Shown here: piece after piece, positions 44,203 to 53,129 of the stretch
Numbering within the stretch: the stretch's first letter is position 1
How the letters are laid out: every line of letters starts with the position of its first letter
IMG/VR virus record: IMGVR_UViG_3300028901_000316
Direction: 5' to 3' (one strand)
DNA: 64,000 nucleotides
Origin: a virus
Program-made: the position numbers and the translations under genes
Notes under the pieces: generated by a model
What the model was told of the DNA's origin: nothing
Databases searched by the model: none
What the model saw: only the letters and a program-made list of their open reading frames with translations

Positions 44203-45227
44203 CACGCCACCCTCACTTTCGGCCATTGGCGCAGCCGCATCCGCTCCGGCAGCGTGTCAAGGTCGGTCGAGACCTTGCCCTCGTGCGGCCACTGCTTGTT
44301 GAAGACCGCGACGCCAGCCGCGCGACACTGGTCGATCACGCTCGCGGCCGCGTCGAAGAATCCTTCGTCAAAACGACTGGGGCGCAGGCCGCGCAAGACG
44401 CAGCTAACGATCAATCGGACGCGTTTCAACCATTGCTCAGGCGTCTGCGCCGTCGGCCGACGTAGTTCGCAGTCGGACCACCCTGTCTCTTTCGACTGTC
44501 GCCTCGAACCGCCTTCGAGATCGTTTGGTGCGTCACACCGTACCGCTTGGCAATAGCCGCCTGGGTTTCGGTTCCCGACGCATACATTGCCCTGATCGCC
44601 TCTATCTGTGAGTCGGTCAATTTTGCGGCGTGATTCCTTTGTCCGCTCTGATTTGCCACACGACCGACTTTGAGCACATGAACCGCGTGTTGAACGTTTC
44701 CCGCATGGCTCACAAGTTCTAGATTCTGTGGTCGGTTGTCCTTCTTGTCGCCGTTGATGTGATTGATTTGCATCATCGGAGCAATTGGCCCATTGAAGTG
44801 CATCCACACCAGGCGGTGCGCCAAGCAATAGCGCCGCACGCCACCCACCATGCGTCTTACCTGGAAATACTCGCCTTGATCGTGTTCCGCCCTCCGCCGC
44901 GCAACATGGCGAAGCGAAGCCCTTCCGTTCCAGCGGTTTCCCCTCAGTTCCGCCACTTTCCAGATTGTGCCGTCCGACATGATTTCTAGAAGACCCATCA
45001 GGACAGCAGGGTAGATCTCGGCTTCTCGATTCATTGACTTCATACATTGGATTGTACCCAATGTACACTGAGACACAATCGCGAATCACGTTGGCGCTGA
45101 AGTCGCACCAGCCGATGCCGGTCGGGTGAAGGCCCTCGGCACGCTTGACCTGCGGGAGTGACCAGGAACCGTCTGCGCTTTGCGCTGCCCGCGCGGGCGG
45201 CTTTGGAGTCTTCTTCTTGACGTCCAT
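44202..45227 (-). pseudogene. Degenerate DUF5131 (phage Gp37/Gp68) gene whose core is replaced by an HNH gene; reading frame still open
   Basis: N-terminal TGIGWCDFSANVIRDC and C-terminal SVIDQCRAAGVAVFNKQW...RLRQWP match the family termini; central region is not homologous. Confidence 0.65.
44426..45034 (-). CDS. HNH homing endonuclease with a C-terminal HTH
   Basis: LAHRLVWMHFNGPI...INHINGDKKDNRPQNLELVSHAGNVQH...AKLTDSQIEAIR...TQAAIAKRYGVTHQTISK; lower GC than flanks. Confidence 0.9.
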   Translation of the reverse strand: MNREAEIYPAVLMGLLEIMSDGTIWKVAELRGNRWNGRASLRHVARRRAEHDQGEYFQVRRMVGGVRRYCLAHRLVWMHFNGPIAPMMQINHINGDKKDNRPQNLELVSHAGNVQHAVHVLKVGRVANQSGQRNHAAKLTDSQIEAIRAMYASGTETQAAIAKRYGVTHQTISKAVRGDSRKRQGGPTANYVGRRRRRLSNG

Positions 45228-45745
45228 TACCTTCGTCCTTTCACGTGGTCGATGGTGTAGGGCACGAGTGCTGCCCTGTAGGAGACGTACAGCGGGTGGC
45301 GGGGAGACCCGTCGGCGTTGATGTGCAGAGCCATGACCGTGTGGTTCTTGACCGCGCTGAGAATCTCCAGTGCCCGCGTCGCTCTCGCGGCCGTCTGGGG
45401 ATGCGAACCCCATCCGCCCCATGCCGCGACGGTGATCGGGCACGAGTACCCACTTGCCTCTATGAGCGCGTCGGTCTGCGAGCCCACCGGATCTGCTGCC
45501 TCGCACAGTTCGTCGGGCCAACGAGTCCGGTACGCAAACAGGTTGACGATGTGCAGAGCGTCGTATCCCCATCGCTGGGCGAATCCGATACAGCGGGTCA
45601 CGGTCGCGTCGTCAACTTCTCCATCCGCCGTCGATGGATTGAGCATCAGGAAGTTGATAAAGCCCTTGTTCATAGACTCATTCCAAGTTCGCTCTAGCCA
45701 GTACCGATAGCGACCGCACGGGCTGATGGTGGCATGCTTAATCAA
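45227..45745 (-). CDS. DUF1643-domain protein
   Basis: ATISPCGRYRYWLERTW...FLMLNPSTADGEVDDATVTRCIGFAQRWGY...VNLFAYRT...AAWG...PRHPLY. Confidence 0.92.
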   Translation of the reverse strand: MIKHATISPCGRYRYWLERTWNESMNKGFINFLMLNPSTADGEVDDATVTRCIGFAQRWGYDALHIVNLFAYRTRWPDELCEAADPVGSQTDALIEASGYSCPITVAAWGGWGSHPQTAARATRALEILSAVKNHTVMALHINADGSPRHPLYVSYRAALVPYTIDHVKGRR

Positions 45746-45948
45746 CGGACACCCCTCTTTGCGCTCGACGGATAGCGCGTTTCGTACGTGTGATGCGACC
45801 GGAAGACGCCTCCGATCGATCTCCACACGGCCCGCGTGATGGTGCCGCACACGCCGCGCGTCGCCTTGCCCCAGCACATCCCTTCGTGCCCCGCCGCGCG
45901 GATGCACTGCAGGCCGCTCCATTTGTGAATCGATGGACACTTCGCCAT
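45742..45948 (-). CDS. Small Cys/His hypothetical protein
   Basis: C...QCIRAAGHEGMC. Confidence 0.5.
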   Translation of the reverse strand: MAKCPSIHKWSGLQCIRAAGHEGMCWGKATRGVCGTITRAVWRSIGGVFRSHHTYETRYPSSAKRGVR

Positions 45949-46316
45949 CAGACACCTGCCTTCATGCTGCGACGTTCGTGTTCGGCCATCAGCGCGGCTT
46001 GATTCGTCTTGCACCACTGCGGCCAGGACTCCAGCACGCGCGGCGGCTGAAGGTCACACGGGACGTATGTTGCTCGCGACGCTTGACCACCAATACGGCG
46101 ACCCGTCTTGGGGTCGCGACCGTCCCAGAAAGCGACTGACGGCTTGCCAGCCATGATGTACGCGGTGACCGCTTCTTGGTCTGTCGGCGCGTCGTTGTTG
46201 TTCAGCACGCGATGCGCTGGGCCGTTGCTCGCGACGCGCAGCATGATCGGCGTGTAGTCGACGTTGAAGATGATTCCGTCGGCCGGTCCACTCTTGATCG
46301 TTGCAGATGACTTCAT
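45948..46316 (-). CDS. Hypothetical protein
   Basis: GGAG RBS; GPADG motif; operon context. Confidence 0.55.
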   Translation of the reverse strand: MKSSATIKSGPADGIIFNVDYTPIMLRVASNGPAHRVLNNNDAPTDQEAVTAYIMAGKPSVAFWDGRDPKTGRRIGGQASRATYVPCDLQPPRVLESWPQWCKTNQAALMAEHERRSMKAGV

Positions 46317-46318
46317 GA

Positions 46319-46807
46319 TTACGCCGCTCCTTTCGTTCTGATTTCCACCTCGCGCACGACTTCGGGCGCGAGCCTCCACAATCCCTGCCGGCCGCAGAGC
46401 GGCATCGGCTCTCGCAGTGCCCGCACGTTCTTCAGGTCCCAGCGATAGCGACCAGTCGTATAGTCACCGAACGCGATCTCGCGATCCGACAGCGGTCGTG
46501 TGAGTGGATCGATTCTGACGACGTCGGAGATATCCGCGACCGCGACGATGTAGCCGCGCGGAAGCCCGCCCATTCCGATCATGCGACGCGGGTCATCGAT
46601 CGGCAGCCCGTGTTTCCTCGCCGCACGCATCCAGTGGATCCAGTCTGGCCCACGCAGGATGTTCACCATCTCGGCGGCCGTTCTGCGTTTGGCCGCGTGA
46701 ATCGCGATCGGGCCGCGATACTTGGTGGACCACGAGCGGGTCTCGCACACCTTCTCGCCGACCGCCACGAGCCACGCCCAAGGCTGCCAAAGACTCAACG
46801 CCATCAT
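46319..46807 (-). CDS. ASCH-domain protein
   Basis: ALSLWQPWAWLVAVGEKVCETRSWSTKYRGPIAIHAAKR...GRQGLW. Confidence 0.92.
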   Translation of the reverse strand: MMALSLWQPWAWLVAVGEKVCETRSWSTKYRGPIAIHAAKRRTAAEMVNILRGPDWIHWMRAARKHGLPIDDPRRMIGMGGLPRGYIVAVADISDVVRIDPLTRPLSDREIAFGDYTTGRYRWDLKNVRALREPMPLCGRQGLWRLAPEVVREVEIRTKGAA

Positions 46808-46959
46808 GCGGCACCTCTGCATTCGTCTGCACCACACTCGTGCTTCGCCCTGCAGTCCGAGCAGAGCGTCCAGCCACAGCCGTCGCACGTTGTCGCCTCG
46901 ACCTCCGGCACCACCTTGTCGCACTTGTCGCAGATCGCGACCGCTTCGTCGTCACGCAT
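46804..46959 (-). CDS. Small Zn-finger protein
   Basis: CDKC...CDGC...CSDC...HEC. Confidence 0.55.
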   Translation of the reverse strand: MRDDEAVAICDKCDKVVPEVEATTCDGCGWTLCSDCRAKHECGADECRGAA

Positions 46960-47314
46960 TGGCCACCTCCAACAGCGCGTCGGCGTGGCACGGCTTGTCT
47001 GGTCCGCACCAACACGCCAAGTTGAGGCCGCGTAGCTTGGCACGTGCGTCACTCGCGACGTGCTGGCCTTGTTTTTGCGAATAGAGCCACTCGCGATACT
47101 TGTCCACGGCGTGCGTGATGGCTTGTCGCTCTGTGTCCCACGGAACACTCGACAGCCGACGCCCGCTCGCGTCGGTCCACGCCACGATGTAGTACTTGCC
47201 TTCCCGCTCCACTCGGAACGGGTTTCCCCATGGTCCGGGCCGCGTCACCCGCACCGTGTTCGCTGGCATGCGCCAGCCCTTCTGTCGCCTCAGTTGAACT
47301 CGTGTCGGCTTCAT
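46952..47314 (-). CDS. DUF4326-domain protein
   Basis: VQLRRQKGWRMPANTVRVTRPGPWGNPF...LRGLNLACWC...CHADALLEVAN. Confidence 0.9.
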   Translation of the reverse strand: MKPTRVQLRRQKGWRMPANTVRVTRPGPWGNPFRVEREGKYYIVAWTDASGRRLSSVPWDTERQAITHAVDKYREWLYSQKQGQHVASDARAKLRGLNLACWCGPDKPCHADALLEVANA

Positions 47315-49383
47315 GCCACCGCCTCCCTGATGTCTCGCACCAACTCGGGCAGCATCGCGCCGAGCAGCGCGGCACCGTTCCGCACCGAGATCGCGTTGCC
47401 GATCAGCTTCACTGCCTCGCGCTGGTTGATCTTGCCTCTGGTGTTGATCGGCCACTTGTAATCCGGCGGGAACCCCATCGCGGCCGCCAGTTCGTGCACC
47501 TTGAGCATTCGGAACAGCACGTCGACGACGACGTAGACGATGCCGCGGATCGTCACCTCGACCATGCCGGCGGCGTTGAGGTTGACGCGATCGCCTAGGT
47601 GGGCCTTTAGCATCTTGCCGACCGTGCGGGCACGCTCGACCCACGCGGGCGAGAGTTCGCCGACGACCGGCGTTACCAGTCCGTGCCGATCGTGCGTCAC
47701 CACAGCGCCTAGTGATTCCTCAACGCGACGCGCGTTGCTGCTTGTGCCGTAATACTCAATCGCGATAGGCGCAGCGATCCCGGCATGCAAACCGCCAGCA
47801 ACAATCGTGCGCCCTGGCTGTGTGACAGGTCCGGTTTGGACCGCACCTTGATTGGCGTAGGCCATGAATGCGGTCGCGACGCCGAAGTTGTTTCCGCCGG
47901 CATGAATCGCGTTCAACGGACCATCGACCGGCAGCGCGGGCCGACCCCATCGCTTCGTGTCGTCCTGTCCGTCTCCGTGCGCCAGCACGCCCAAGACGGG
48001 TGCGACCAGCGACTGGTGCCCCTTCGTCGTGATCGTCGGCCCCGGCTCATTCGTCGGTCGGCCGTACACGTCGGTGTTCTGTGGCGCGATGACGGGGACG
48101 CACAGCCCCAGATCCTGCCGCGTCGTCTGTGTCGGCATGGTGTCTCGCACCGACCGGACGTGCCAGCCGTCGCCGTAGACCGTCGAGAGCAGGAACGGGT
48201 CGGCGTTGTTCAAGACGAAGCGAGAGATGCCTTCGCAGATCCGCCCGATCGACTTCGGCGCGAGCCCGAACGGCTTGGCTTTGGTGGCCTTGCGGACGAA
48301 GAGGCTGCGCCCGAGGTCCGACCAGTCGATGATGTCGGCGGCGGTGCGGAATGGAGTCAGTCCCAACGACCGCAATGAATCACCAGGCGACCGCGCGAGT
48401 CCGTGCTGCTGCTGTGTACCAGAACCCTCACCGACTGCCCACGCTTCACGTTTCCCCACAACTCGTGTCTGCGCCTCTCTGGAAACACGACCTGAAGAAC
48501 ACGGCTGATGCCCTCCATGTCGGCTCCATGTGCGCATAGAGGAATCCATTTCCTGCGGGGTCGAAACGTGCAACGTGCTGGCTCCATCGTTCCCAACTGG
48601 ATCCACACCTGCTTTCCAGCTCGTTTGCAATACTTCGGATCTCGCGTGCGATAGATCTTTTCCATTGCCATGCGTCACCTCCGGCCAGACGATCGGCGCA
48701 CCATCGCGCCGCATCTGGACAAACAGCCTCTTGCGACGGCTGGCCTCGCCGTAGTCCGCCGCGTCCATCACGCGCCACTCGACCACGTAGCCGAGCCGCC
48801 GACACTGACGAATCCACCGCTTGAAGTGCTGACCCTCGCGCGACCGGTCGGGCCGGAGCGCGATCTTGCCCCGATGATCCCGCACCACGCGGCCGTTCTT
48901 GTGCCGCATCGGCACGAGCGGACCCCACTTGAGCCACTCGGGGACGTTCTCGACCAAGATCAGCCGCGGGCGCACGTCGCGGATCCACCGCGCGATACAC
49001 CAGCCCAGCATGTGGACCCGCTTGCTGATCGGGACGCCGCCCCGCGCGTTGCTGTGGGTCGTGCACGCCGCGCTGGCGAGCAGCACGTCGATCTCATCGT
49101 TTCCGACCACATCTCGCGGCCGGACCTTCCACGCGTCGCCCATGTGGTGCACGCAGCCCGGAAAGTTCTCCGCGTGCGTCGCGATCGCCACCTTGCTGTG
49201 GTTGATCGCGTAGTGGACCTGGACCCCGAGTCTGCGAGCCGCCAGACCCCATCCGCCGCCGCCGGCGAAGAGGTCGACGTTCTTTGTGCCGGGGCGCAAG
49301 CGGCCAAGCCCACTCGCGAGCAATGTCGCACGCGCGGTCTGCTCGACGTGATCGAACAACGGATGGAGAGGAGCGACGGTCAC
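47311..49383 (-). CDS. C5-cytosine DNA methyltransferase with a ~100-aa in-frame insert
   Basis: VDLFAGGGG (motif I), ASAACTTHS (motif IV, PC read as AC), LVENVPEW (VI), SRRKRLF (VIII), RMLKVHELAAAMGFP...KLIGNAI (IX/X). Confidence 0.9.
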   Translation of the reverse strand: MTVAPLHPLFDHVEQTARATLLASGLGRLRPGTKNVDLFAGGGGWGLAARRLGVQVHYAINHSKVAIATHAENFPGCVHHMGDAWKVRPRDVVGNDEIDVLLASAACTTHSNARGGVPISKRVHMLGWCIARWIRDVRPRLILVENVPEWLKWGPLVPMRHKNGRVVRDHRGKIALRPDRSREGQHFKRWIRQCRRLGYVVEWRVMDAADYGEASRRKRLFVQMRRDGAPIVWPEVTHGNGKDLSHARSEVLQTSWKAGVDPVGNDGASTLHVSTPQEMDSSMRTWSRHGGHQPCSSGRVSREAQTRVVGKREAWAVGEGSGTQQQHGLARSPGDSLRSLGLTPFRTAADIIDWSDLGRSLFVRKATKAKPFGLAPKSIGRICEGISRFVLNNADPFLLSTVYGDGWHVRSVRDTMPTQTTRQDLGLCVPVIAPQNTDVYGRPTNEPGPTITTKGHQSLVAPVLGVLAHGDGQDDTKRWGRPALPVDGPLNAIHAGGNNFGVATAFMAYANQGAVQTGPVTQPGRTIVAGGLHAGIAAPIAIEYYGTSSNARRVEESLGAVVTHDRHGLVTPVVGELSPAWVERARTVGKMLKAHLGDRVNLNAAGMVEVTIRGIVYVVVDVLFRMLKVHELAAAMGFPPDYKWPINTRGKINQREAVKLIGNAISVRNGAALLGAMLPELVRDIREAVA

Positions 49384-49595
49384 GCGGCACCGCCTTTGGT
49401 TACAGCGGCCCCTAGATTTACCCATCCGCACACGATGCACCTCTTCTTGCACGGCGGGTGCTTCTTGAAGTGCGTCACCACACCGTCGTCGTCTAGCTTC
49501 ACGCATCTGCAATGCCACCATGAAGCCCAATATGCTGCTCTACGCGCGTATGCCTCATGGATTGAAAGTGGACTTCCGACATTCCCAACAGTCAT
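49380..49595 (-). CDS. Small Cys-rich hypothetical protein
   Basis: Overlapping start/stop on both sides. Confidence 0.5.
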   Translation of the reverse strand: MTVGNVGSPLSIHEAYARRAAYWASWWHCRCVKLDDDGVVTHFKKHPPCKKRCIVCGWVNLGAAVTKGGAA

Positions 49596-49825
49596 GCGGC
49601 GTCTCCTGACCTGGGCTCAAACATCGCCCGTTGGCGCGCTGCCTCGACCGCTTTCCGTTCTGCCTCTTCACCTTTCTCGGGTCGGACAATCGCGATTCCG
49701 GCAGGGGCGGTGATGAGAATCTTGACCTTCTGGTTTCCGACATGGCTCACGTCGAGCATGATCCGACGACCCGTCTCGTCGATCAGGTGAAGCTGCTGTC
49801 CGACTTCTCGTTCGATTGCAAGCAT
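49592..49825 (-). CDS. csrA: CsrA/RsmA-like translational regulator
   Basis: MLAIEREVGQQLHL...DVSHVGNQKVKILITAPAGIAIVRPE follows the CsrA pattern MLxLxRxxGE...V+IxIxAP..I.R.E; ACAAGGAG RBS. Confidence 0.75.
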   Translation of the reverse strand: MLAIEREVGQQLHLIDETGRRIMLDVSHVGNQKVKILITAPAGIAIVRPEKGEEAERKAVEAARQRAMFEPRSGDAA

Positions 49826-49845
49826 CAACAAACTCCTTGTTCGAA

Positions 49846-49925
49846 TGGCGAGCCCGGGATTTGAACCCGCACAGCCCTGCCCGCGTGTGGAGCCGAATGG
49901 GAACCCACGCCAGCCGCAGCTCGCC
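49846..49925 (-). tRNA. Second degenerate tRNA-like element
   Basis: 7-bp stem GGCGAGC/GCTCGCC followed by A; T-loop CGGG-TTCAAAT-CCCG; central GGGTT-CCCATTC-GGCTC arm; no normal D arm. Confidence 0.45.
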
Positions 49926-49961
49926 CAAGCCCGCGCGTCACACAAACGCGCGAGCGTTCAA

Positions 49962-50972
49962 TCACGCCGCCTTCTTGGAGCCCTTACCGCCCCTGGACTT
50001 CGCCGCGGCCTCGCGCTTCTTCGCCTGGCCCGCGCTCCCGCCCTGTGGGCCAGCGGGCGCGTCCTTGGTGCCGTCGCCCGTGCCCGCCAGGTCTCGCTCC
50101 TTCTCCGCGATCGCGGCCGCGAGCGGCGAGATGTCGCGGAGCGTTTCGAGCTTGCCCTCCGCAACAAACGCGGCGAGGAATCCCGCGAACGTGGCCGACG
50201 GCTCGCGCAGATGCTGACGCGCCGCCTCTTGGACAAGGAATCGCGCGACTCCGAACGGCTGGTCGCCGCCAGTCCATCCCTTCGCCTCACCGAGGAACGC
50301 GAGCGTGACCTCGTCGAGCATCGCCTTCGGGGTCGCGAGCTTGAACTTGATCGCCGCCTCGCCCACCTGGTCGGTCGTGGCAAACCACTTGCCGCCGATC
50401 TCAACATCGAGCTTTTGCTTGCGGCCAAACGGCGCCTCGTCCCAGCGCTTGGTCATCCACGACGGGATCGGACCCGCGGTGGGAACGCCCGCGTAGTCGG
50501 CCAGCATCGCGCTGTCGGCCTCGTCGATCTCCATGATGTCGTCGGACTCTGACCCGTCGCTCGGCGGTCGATCCGCAGAGGCCAACATCTGCTGGCCGTC
50601 GTCCTTGTGCTTCTTGGGCTCGGGCTTGGGCGCGACGAGCGTTCCCAACACGTCGGGATCGATGACTTCCTGCGAGCGAGTCTTGGGATCTCGGAGCGTC
50701 TTGTTGATCTGCTGATTGAGGTACTTGATCTGGCGACCAAGCTCCTCGATGTCCTTCACGACGTCGTACCACTGCTCCTTGAGTTCACGCTTCTCTTGCT
50801 CATCAGAGCACTCGCGGATCTGGTCCTCGATGCCGTCGCGCTCGACGAACTTCTCTTCGCGTTCCTTGGAGTACTTGCCCTCAAGGTCTGCCCACTCGCA
50901 AAGACGCTTCGCGACCTTCGGAGCGATCCCGAACTGATCTGATTTCACTTCGTTGTCCGTCATCTCGAACAC
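49962..50972 (-). CDS. Hypothetical acidic/coiled-coil protein (336 aa)
   Basis: Long charged ORF, coiled-coil N-terminus, Ala/Lys tail. Confidence 0.7.
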   Translation of the reverse strand: MFEMTDNEVKSDQFGIAPKVAKRLCEWADLEGKYSKEREEKFVERDGIEDQIRECSDEQEKRELKEQWYDVVKDIEELGRQIKYLNQQINKTLRDPKTRSQEVIDPDVLGTLVAPKPEPKKHKDDGQQMLASADRPPSDGSESDDIMEIDEADSAMLADYAGVPTAGPIPSWMTKRWDEAPFGRKQKLDVEIGGKWFATTDQVGEAAIKFKLATPKAMLDEVTLAFLGEAKGWTGGDQPFGVARFLVQEAARQHLREPSATFAGFLAAFVAEGKLETLRDISPLAAAIAEKERDLAGTGDGTKDAPAGPQGGSAGQAKKREAAAKSRGGKGSKKAA

Positions 50973-51026
50973 TTTCCGAGGCTGCGCCTCACCTGGGCCC
51001 GCACAAACAACGGGCTTGGTTTGTGA

Positions 51027-51944
51027 TCAGGCCGCTTGATCGACCTGCTTTGCTTGAAGTTGTGCGATCGCCTCTGCGGCACGTTGCCGCATCACGTCGC
51101 ATTGGCTTTCTCTGATGTCAACCGCGATCACACGCCGGCCGTGCAGAAGTGCGGCGTGGAGAGTCGTTCCCGACCCGCAGAAGCTGTCGAACACGACGCC
51201 GTCTGGCGGGCAGAACGACCGCACGAACCGCTCGGCAAGCTTCAACGGGAACGGAGCTTCGTTCTCGTGTGCCAGCTCGGAACCCATCCGGCCGCCCCCA
51301 ACCGCGCCGCAGTCGATGATGTTGCCGGGATTCGCGAGTTTCGGCATCGGGCGCTTGCGATCGGGACGATTTCCCTTCGCCTGGTTGATCCGTTGTCCCT
51401 CGCGCGTGCGATTCGACATCGCGCCGCCCTGCGGATACTTCGGCGGCGCACCAAATGCCGTCGCGTCGTTCCATGGCAGCTTGCCCGGGCTCGCGCAAAC
51501 GATGAACTCGTACAGGTTGGCCCACCAATCGGTGCCGCCGCTCCCGGGGATTCCGCGACGCATGTAGATCGGCGGCTTGCGAAGCTTGACGCCGGCACGG
51601 TGAAGGTCCGCCATCATCAACGCGGGCGTCTCGCTCCACACCCGACTGTCGGTGAATCCCTCCACAACCCACGCGGTCAGGCCTCGCGTTGCCCGATACT
51701 GCGCGGTGAATCGCTCGCACGCCCAGCGAACCCAGTCCTCGCCCGTGAGCTTGAAGCCGATGCCGTAGGTGCGCCGGTCCTCGTAGGGAGGCGATGTCAG
51801 CGACAGGTCGAACGGCTTGCGGTCGCCGGTCTTGCAACTCAGGTGCAGCTCGCGGCAGAGGTCGAACGAGTCGCCACACACGATTGCGTACTGAGCGCGG
51901 CCGGCCAGAACGTCGAGCGGTGAGCCTTCCTGCGGATTGATCAT
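51027..51944 (-). CDS. Amino-DNA methyltransferase (N4C/N6A, SPPY)
   Basis: LTSPPYEDRRTY...HENEAPFPLKLAERFV...VFDSFCGSGTT. Confidence 0.9.
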   Translation of the reverse strand: MINPQEGSPLDVLAGRAQYAIVCGDSFDLCRELHLSCKTGDRKPFDLSLTSPPYEDRRTYGIGFKLTGEDWVRWACERFTAQYRATRGLTAWVVEGFTDSRVWSETPALMMADLHRAGVKLRKPPIYMRRGIPGSGGTDWWANLYEFIVCASPGKLPWNDATAFGAPPKYPQGGAMSNRTREGQRINQAKGNRPDRKRPMPKLANPGNIIDCGAVGGGRMGSELAHENEAPFPLKLAERFVRSFCPPDGVVFDSFCGSGTTLHAALLHGRRVIAVDIRESQCDVMRQRAAEAIAQLQAKQVDQAA

Positions 51945-52348
51945 GACTTTGCTCCATCCGTTGGTCTGAAGATCAGCACCGCGCTGGGAAATGGCGCACC
52001 GATCCGACTCTCACCGAATCGCAATCGACCGCGCACAAAGCGAATCTCCGTCGCCTTCATCGCGATGTCGTGCCACCACGCGGTGCAGGTTCGGCTAGGC
52101 ACCAAGACGACGACTGTCTTTCCGGCGTCGCGCTCAAGGGCAACACGCTCCATCCATGGGCGGATCTCGGAATATGGCGGATTGACAAAGCATGGGCTTC
52201 CCCACTCCCGCGTGAGTCCATTCGAATCACCACCGAGCGGGCATGGGTCGTCAACAAACCCAAACTCGGCATGCAGCTTCTCGTAGAGCGCCTTTGGGGT
52301 CGGCCACTCGTCGGGCTTGCGAGAGAACATGACGCTGCTGAACTTCAC
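51941..52348 (-). CDS. Phage N6-adenine methyltransferase (Dam-like, PF05869 type)
   Basis: SRKPDEWPTPKALY...DDPC...CFVNPPYS...VVLVPSRT...IRFVRGRLRF...APFPS. Confidence 0.9.
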   Translation of the reverse strand: MKFSSVMFSRKPDEWPTPKALYEKLHAEFGFVDDPCPLGGDSNGLTREWGSPCFVNPPYSEIRPWMERVALERDAGKTVVVLVPSRTCTAWWHDIAMKATEIRFVRGRLRFGESRIGAPFPSAVLIFRPTDGAKS

Positions 52349-52542
52349 TTGTTCATTTCCTCCCACCGCTTCCACTCACGCGCCGCCGCTTCGAGAACCG
52401 CTGCCGTCACGCTGATCGGGCACGCGCGAACCAGACACACCGGGCCAAACGGCGTCATGTACTCGGCGCAATACATCGCGCCAAAGACGTCGTCCGCGAC
52501 GCGGTACACCGTCAACCCCTCTCCGTGCGACGTGCGGATCAT
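52345..52542 (-). CDS. Hypothetical protein (65 aa)
   Basis: Overlapping start/stop on both sides. Confidence 0.5.
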   Translation of the reverse strand: MIRTSHGEGLTVYRVADDVFGAMYCAEYMTPFGPVCLVRACPISVTAAVLEAAAREWKRWEEMNK

Positions 52543-53129
52543 GCCGCCTCCCCTTGGAATGCCCGCTCGGACGACACGATGTAGTCGCGGACGTTCGACA
52601 CGCCGAGGTCAAGCGCGTACGCAATCTGCGGGATGGACGGCCGCTGCGGAAGCCCAAGGCACTCCCACTCATAACGCAGGCTTCTTGCTGCGAACTTCCG
52701 CGCCGCAAGACAACGCGCGTCACGGCTGGGTGCGCCCGACTTGGCGTTGAGCGCGCACTTCGTGTTCGGGACGCCGCACGCGACGATCAGGCGAAGCGCA
52801 ACGACCTGGATCTCGCTGATCGTCAGCGCACGATCAACCGAAACGACTCCCGATGCGATCAGTTGGCGGCCCTCGTTGCGGGCTGCCTTGATCGATGATT
52901 CCGAGATCCCGAATACCACGGACCAGCTCGACGGCTTGGGGTGGTATGGCAAATCGTGTTTGGTCCAGCGCGCGTCGATCGTCGCGATGATGATCGCGCG
53001 TGCCTTGCGAAGCTCGCCGTGCCCCGGCACGCGAGCCCACAACCGATTGCCGACGAGTCGCGCCGGATCGACCTTGAGATTTGCGGCCTCGATCTTCACC
53101 GCGCGGGTGAGTTGCTCAATGTAGCTCAT
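52539..53129 (-). CDS. Hypothetical protein with HTH-like segments
   Basis: SWSVVFGISESSIKAA; SIPQIAYALDLGVSNVRDY. Confidence 0.6.
   Translation of the reverse strand: MSYIEQLTRAVKIEAANLKVDPARLVGNRLWARVPGHGELRKARAIIIATIDARWTKHDLPYHPKPSSWSVVFGISESSIKAARNEGRQLIASGVVSVDRALTISEIQVVALRLIVACGVPNTKCALNAKSGAPSRDARCLAARKFAARSLRYEWECLGLPQRPSIPQIAYALDLGVSNVRDYIVSSERAFQGEAA

Noticed and set aside
44426-45076. Group I intron around the HNH gene
   Set aside because: The HNH ORF fills almost the whole insert, leaving no room for a ribozyme core, and joining the flanks would not restore the missing DUF5131 centre
48357-48671. Intein in the C5 methyltransferase
   Set aside because: No N-terminal C/S block, no HN-C/S/T junction and no LAGLIDADG motif
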